Of a stretch of 64,000 nucleotides of DNA, positions 57,222 through 64,000 are shown one piece after another. Under the pieces are notes generated by a model. That model searched no databases, was not told the origin of the DNA, and worked only from the letters and a program-made list of their open reading frames with translations. The stretch covers positions 11,906,001-11,970,000 of the forward strand of contig CM119372.1 in the NCBI GenBank assembly GCA_051294905.1, given 5' to 3'. Position numbers and translations under genes: made by a program. Numbering within the stretch: the first letter of the stretch is position 1; every line of letters starts with the position of its first letter. This stretch comes from Botryllus schlosseri (lineage: Eukaryota).

Positions 57222-57270
57222 TAAACCCGAATATTGTATGCTGACACTCGTCAGGGGTAATCGTCAGCAC
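57222..57270 (-). ncRNA. Degenerate hammerhead-like copy 3 (GAAA box mutated)
   Basis: Minus strand reads gtgctgacgattaccc-ctgacga-gtgtcagc-atacaatattc-gggttt; cgaaa is replaced by ataca. Confidence 0.45.
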
Positions 57271-60200
57271 TTATAATATCTCGTTGTCCGTAAGACTATC
57301 ACTCCTCGTATATTATGTATAAATGACATAAAGGTAGGCCCTCATCAACCATGAAGGTTCTGTATTATCAATACTATAGCCTGTGTTTTACATTACTGAA
57401 TCGTATCCTGCGTACTATTCATACCGACACATACCTCTTAATGTTAATAACTTTTCCATTTTATGCGAATATTTTTGTATTTGTCACGACAACTTGTTTG
57501 AATAAATATTTGTCATGGACGTTGCCAGATTGACTTCGCGAAGCGTAAACTGCTCCAAAGGAGTAAGTAGTACGATTTGCGTATTACACGGGCCTCGTTG
57601 GTTCCTATGTTTCACCCTAGTATATTGTTGTGGTGCTTTGAACAGATAAAATATTCAATCAATATGTCAAAATCAGTGATACTTGGAAAAATATATAAGT
57701 GGTGGATAAGTGATGGATGATGCCTAGATCAATCGTATATTCGTATACTTGGATCAGGTCAAAATGAATGCTTTAAAAACATGCTCGTTGAATATAGCGG
57801 TCTGGGTCATCATAAACTAATAAAATGTGTAATAATAGCAGTAATTGATCTCTGGTGAAATATTCAAATTCTAAAATTACATATAGTTCGTTGTTACGAG
57901 CATCTCTCAACATATAAGAGCACTTTTTGTATATTTAGCCGCATGTTTTCGCTGATGTATCACGCAAACCAATAACTTCGCTAAAACAGGACAGATAAAC
58001 TAAATGAATCATTACATAAATCTACTCTACTCGTATGTTTCTTTCTTCGGATACATATTAAAAATTATCGTCAAAAGCAGGGCGTTTTAGTTTGCGTTAT
58101 TTTGCTAACATGTCAAATAACTTGACAAACAAAGCGACGATTGTATCAAACTAGGGCGTGGATATATGGCAGTCGGGGCAATAATCGGCTAAATAAACAT
58201 TGCCATTTTCCAAGATGGACGAAATGCTATACTATATAAATATACTACTATAGCGTGTTTTGCGGTACGGTGTTTCGATATTTATGGGATGTGTATATAT
58301 TATATATATGTGTGTTTATGGTGTCCGCCTGACACCAAGTTCCATAATATGCACAATAAGAATATAGGCGCAGCCAGGATGTAAATTTGGGAAAAATGAA
58401 ATTTTTGTAGCACTGCCATCACGTCACATATCCATAGTGGTGGCGTGAACTATTAACATCTATGAAGTTCAAATGCCCAAGTCGAAAATCGTGAGGGAGT
58501 GTATAGGCGCCCTTCGCCACCCCGGCGTACGCCAGTGAGTGATGATTAGTATGAAACGGCATAGTGTCGTTGTAGATTGAAATTCAGACAATATTTCGAA
58601 CTCAATCGAGGCTATTATATCAATGAATCGCGCAGTCGTTTCGTAGACCCAGCAGATCACAACCATTCCACGACCCGGAGAAAAATTATAATTTCCAATA
58701 TCGCGGTAACGAACCTTGAAGCAAGGATAAAGATATCCTTATGGCATTGGAAGGTCACCGATGATAGATGACTGTTGCACATATTCGGGACAAGCCAAGC
58801 ATGAAATACCCGCGCTGCGATTTCGGCAGGCGACAACAGAAGGGAATGATAAAATCCGTTAGCAACCCCTAAAATGCTTCGGTGCAGAACGGAGAAAATT
58901 TTTCTGTCAACAAACACTGAAGGTTTCACACAAAAACGAATCGCTCCACGGAAAATGGGTGCGGTTAATATTATACCATTTTAGCGACTAAATCCTTTAT
59001 AATCATGCCCCGGTAGATAGTTTTACGTGATGGCTGTGAATGTAAAATCTATGAAACAAGGTGCAAAGGCTGTGGTTCTAATACGGTACTACACCGAGTG
59101 TACTTTCTCAAATCTTTGTCACCGTATCAAGTCTTGAGATCATTCCCAGAGGGCGAAAGTCCCGCCGTAAGCCCTTGGGGACGAAGAGAGAAGTTGCAAG
59201 TATCAAAGACTCTTTGTAAATCACACAAGTCGACACACAGAGTGTAGCAAGTGCGACAGCTCAGCGGAGGATTAAATCAAGGATTATCACCTAAGTTGTT
59301 CAAGTCGCTCCATGGCGATGTCGAGTTCCAAAATCCGCACAAAATCTCGCCGTGACCGGTCATTTTCTAGGCTTCGTCTCACAGATGGTCACGAATATCA
59401 CAGTGACAAGAAACACAGTAGTTCAAACGACACATCATCATGTTTTGTCTCGAGTCTGGCAGCACACGTCTACACCATACTGTACACAGTGTCCAACAGT
59501 TACCATGCGCTTTTTAATATCTCCACGATACTCCCGCAATAGTGATAAACAGCTTTATATCACGCTCTAACTAAAAGTGTGACAAAGTCACGCATATATC
59601 CCGGGAAAGAATGTTCGAATAAATTTAGTTGTGATTCTGTAAAATTTCGAAAATTTTAATAACGAAGACAGACTATACTACCATCTACCCACTACCAAGT
59701 ACCAATTATCGCGCTAACGCGAGTATGTTTCACGCCTCTTTCCACGCCGATTCGTCGGGGTGCAAAGTGCGAGAATTGTTCGAATATTTCGGATTACAAT
59801 GCTATTTGCCATGTGTGCTGGGAAGATTACGTTCGTTGATTGGGCCGTGAATGTGAATAAATGACAGTACGATATCATTGATGCCGTAGATCTATACACG
59901 AGACGATGCAAAGCATACGTTATATATCAAATCAACATCAGGTGCGAACCTTTAGTTAACGTTCGGATTTAATTTTATTCAGGACAAGTAACCAACAATT
60001 AAGAGCTTAAAAAATTTACTTCGACTTGATTACAAGGCACGAACAGTATCGACCGAGCGATGTTTAATCATCTGATTCGGCAACGTGTCATTATCCTTGC
60101 CATTTCTCAAAAGTCCTAACGAACTGCATTCAACCACAGTGTCCCATGCTTCAAGTAACGAAATACTGAGCGATCGTAATATTTTTAGTTTGATGAATTC

Positions 60201-61949
60201 ACTTGGTCTAGCAGTGCCTAAGCAAAACCAGACCATATACACAAATTCGATATTTATACCCGCATAGAGTGGACCTCCTAACAGTCCCAACCACGATAAA
60301 AGGACACAATTAGATTGTTGTCCGAGGGACGACATACAGCGACGTGTGGCGCATCGTGCTTACACGATACACGTTATCAACATTTATGCGTGAGGCCGGG
60401 CATACATGATATACAACACAGCTCCATCAACGCAACCGTAATAATTCACTGCTATAATTTAACGGTAAGTACTGATTCAAGTTACGGGTATATTCACATT
60501 GTGTTTTATGCTGATAGAATTCGCTCGACTGCTAATTGACAATTATATCATTGTCGAACAGCATGATTGGTTCGTAAAATCTTACTTTTAGGCAAGGACT
60601 GGAAATTGGACCAAATTGAAAGACGTGAATCGCACCGAAATTTAGTCATCAAACGAATTTTGAACGAAAATGGATTCCTGTGAATGATGGACGTATGCGG
60701 TCGTCGTAGGCGGCGTAACGCTATCTGGTATTATCGAAAATTGAACTTCTCAACAACGTTATCTCGTACTTTGAGAATATAATTCGCGAGAAGGTCTAGG
60801 ATTTAGACTTTCGTAACGTAAATTTATTTGGGGTGGCGTGAGTCGAACGCGACAACAGCCATGACATCAACTTGCTATGATCACTGATGCAAGCATGGTA
60901 GCGCGCAAAATGACATCACACTCAAATGTAGAGTCCGGCGCAATCTTCGTAATATAATTTAAGGAATAGATACAAGCGCAGGACTGCATCAATTCGAGTC
61001 GAATTGATAATTTTTATTTCCCAATCTCTGTTAGGGATTCACTGTGCTATATGAGCTCTTCACAATCACGAAAAAATACCTTGTCAATGGTCTGGTCAGG
61101 AAGGGTTACAGATATATTATATGTTATGCGGCGGGTAATGGACCTATACAATGCCTTAAGAAGTGACATAACATCTAATGAAACGCTGCCAATTATAGCT
61201 GTCTTTCTATTGCTCCTCATTGCGCTCAGTCTGCCTTAATACGCTCGCATAATATACAACGCCTTGCGTTATTAGTACGGAATTTAGATGCGCGATGCGC
61301 GTACACTGTGTATTGTACAGCTTCCTGATCTAGGATATAAGTATTTCGACATGGAAAATCATATAGATATCCAACATCTAACGATTCACGAACTAACTCA
61401 ACTGGTTTTGGCGGCTATTATCGCTCGCGAAACGGCTGTGACTTTTCAATTTTTAGTGACAGGACGGCGAAAATTGTCGTTCACACTATCTGCCGCGTTC
61501 CGCTTTGCCGCTATTGAAAATTCCTCTGGTTCGTGAGCTTAACTCACCAGCCGCCGCGGGTGGTCCTAAATTAGCGTAGGATGTAACGCAGTGCGCAAAA
61601 AGGTTAGAGTATCACAACAGAAAATATAAACCGTAGACTATCCGCGCCTAAAAATACGTGAGCGAACGTAAATAGGAAAGAAGTCGTCCGGTAGTAATAA
61701 GATGTAATTCGCCAAGTTGAAGCCATTTCGAAGCCTTAGCATAATCATGGATTACGTACAGATATCCCTAATTCCACGCACGTAAGTGTGATAAGGCACC
61801 TCAAACCTTTAGGTCTCTTATTCTCTGGATTATGAGACCCATTTGTAGAATTTACACAGGCAAATCAGGAGCTTATCCCATATGTATCGATGTATCGTAA
61901 TGTTATAGGTTTCTGTTTTGCACCTGCTATAGATGGTATATGACCTGTA

Positions 61950-62207
61950 CCATTAATACTAATCCCCATTACAATAACCTATTTGATAGCGCTTCATGTC
62001 ATAGTTTCTATAACCGTGCCAAGGAACGGTAATTTCGTAGTTACAATTGAACATGATATATGACTTTTACCCGGGCCTGCGATAACTTAAGGTTGTACCA
62101 TGACTTGAGCTTGTATCATGTATATTAATCCCCATTACAACAACCTATTTGATAGAGGTACACGTCATAGTTTGTATAGAAGTGTCAAGGAACGGTAGTT
62201 ACAGTTG
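61950..62207. repeat. Diverged tandem duplication, period ~165 bp
   Basis: taatcccattacaa(t/c)aacctatttgatag...gtcatagttt...caaggaacggta...gttaca occurs twice. Confidence 0.75.
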
Positions 62208-64000
62208 CGATGCAATATTTGACCATAAATCGGCAAGGTTTGGACAGCTAAATCATCGGTGATGGATTTCCTATTTCGTTATTATCAGATTGTGCTCAAT
62301 ATTGCGCCAGCGAAAGTTGATACTCTTGTTGGAAGTGTTTTGGGGCAAAACCGGGTCGGAGAGTTTTGGTAAGACCACGTGACTCATGTAATTTGAGATT
62401 ATCATCCGTATCGCTCATGCGATAACCGCTCAAGCATCTCGGAATTTTGCCATTCTGTGGATCGCGGCAACTACCGTGTAGGATCACGACAGCACAGTCT
62501 GTGGGTTCTTAGATGTATAAAGTGACTGATTCTTTCCGTTCGATACGACTTCGCCGTTCACGACAATCCATAACAAATATTTGGAAATTTTCGGCCGCAA
62601 GTTGACAACTGTTGTCACCGGAGTTGGCTTGGGAAACCGCAAGATCGCCACAACGTTAACAAGAAATGACCACTCATATTGGGATGATACGATGATAGTT
62701 CGTATGGTTGTTTATATCAATGACGCCATTGATTTCATCTGACCAATCACCAGCACTACACACATCATTTGTAGGATATGAGGTGCTTTGTGCGCGCTGG
62801 TTGGCGGAACCGTGTAATTATCGTATCGAGGATGACTCACATCCAAATGATAAGTACCGCCAGTCGGAAAATTTCTATAAATCGCCGATAAGGCAGTTCA
62901 CAAAACGTCTAGAGTAGGCCGATATAAAAATGATACAGTACACACAGGTCTCTAATCTCTATCGAATCACTCGTTGATTTTCAGTATACTGGACGCATGC
63001 AAATGTAATGTATGTCGTCGCGGTGGAATCAAAGTAGCTTATGTCCATATTTTCAAATTTTAAGATCAATTCTTCAAACTTACGGAAAACCAAGTTTTTG
63101 TAAAAGTTTGATTTGTTTTTGGCCATATCTTGTTCATGTTTATTTTTATCACATTGTTTCAGAGTAAATCATGGTCAAGATGTGGTTTCACAACCTTCAG
63201 CCCGTATCAACCTTCCTGCCGGACCGCCAAAGATATCACAATTTTCTCAAAACTCAATTCTCAAATGGAAGAAATTTGGAATATTTTTTCTACATGGTGT
63301 TGTTATATGGAGGTCATGATCTACTAAAGACTACGTCACCATGCTGCAAGTGCAAGTGATGCGCGAAACTGTTTAAAAGCATATAGCCATAACCTAATGC
63401 CAGATTTATGTAAAAGATGAGAAGACTTATTATCCGTAATTGTTAGATTTCGACAGTATAGTTTAGGTACATTTGGCAGTACAATAGAAGCTAGCAAACA
63501 GCAAAGTCGCATATAATTGAATAGTATATTCATATTGAAACATATACTATTCAATTGTATATTGAAGTTCTGTACCTCCAAGAAGCTGTTCAAAGTCGCA
63601 TATGTTGGAAAAGAAACCGAACAATCAAAATCAAATTAGTGGTTTTTAACAGTACTCCACCTTGACATAACTTCGATCGAACTACGTGTATCAGGTTTGC
63701 TATAAAAGATACAACATTAAATGAAGTTTCCCATAATTGCTTTTGAGTTGCAACTATTTTTCGTAATTAAATATATTCATCATGAATAGTTTCAAACTCG
63801 CGCGGGAACGTTAAACCATTTCGAAAGAAAAATATGTTTAAAAGATATGGAATATGCATTGTTGATATATATAGGAAATGCGTGATAAGAGATCAAAATG
63901 TGTTGTTTTTCCATAAAATTTCAATAGCCGAACTAATCCAGTGACTTCTAAATGAGGAATCATGCTCGTGAGTATTAATTTCATCGTCTAAGTATTTACA

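Noticed and set aside
62296..62487. 63 aa minus-strand ORF as a possible first Gli exon
   Set aside because: No Gli similarity and no convincing in-phase donor found.

Overview
AT-rich animal genomic DNA with spliceosomal introns. The many ~57-70 nt introns and divergent proteins suggest an invertebrate chordate such as an ascidian, but this is inference only. Two developmental zinc-finger genes face tail-to-tail: a 4-exon Fezf (+, 875-7890) and a 24-exon Gli2/3-like gene (-, 31440 to at least 57152, ~1,520 aa). Between them lie an unidentified multi-exon gene on the minus strand (~9-11 kb, possibly to ~19.7 kb), a decayed THAP/DDE plus SWIM (ISL2EU-like) transposon with ~330 bp terminal inverted repeats (TIRs), and an intact Buster/SPIN-type hAT transposon with a perfect 8 bp target-site duplication (TSD). 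Introns and intergenic DNA hold many non-autonomous hAT-type MITEs, nested up to three levels deep, plus tRNA-derived SINEs. The most unusual signal is a three-copy ~60-85 bp repeat that reads as a minimal type I hammerhead ribozyme with a palindromic helix III and a predicted 6 bp loop II pseudoknot. The copy antisense to Gli looks intact, and the two copies sense to the Gli pre-mRNA are weakened. All coordinates were read by hand and may be off by a few bases.
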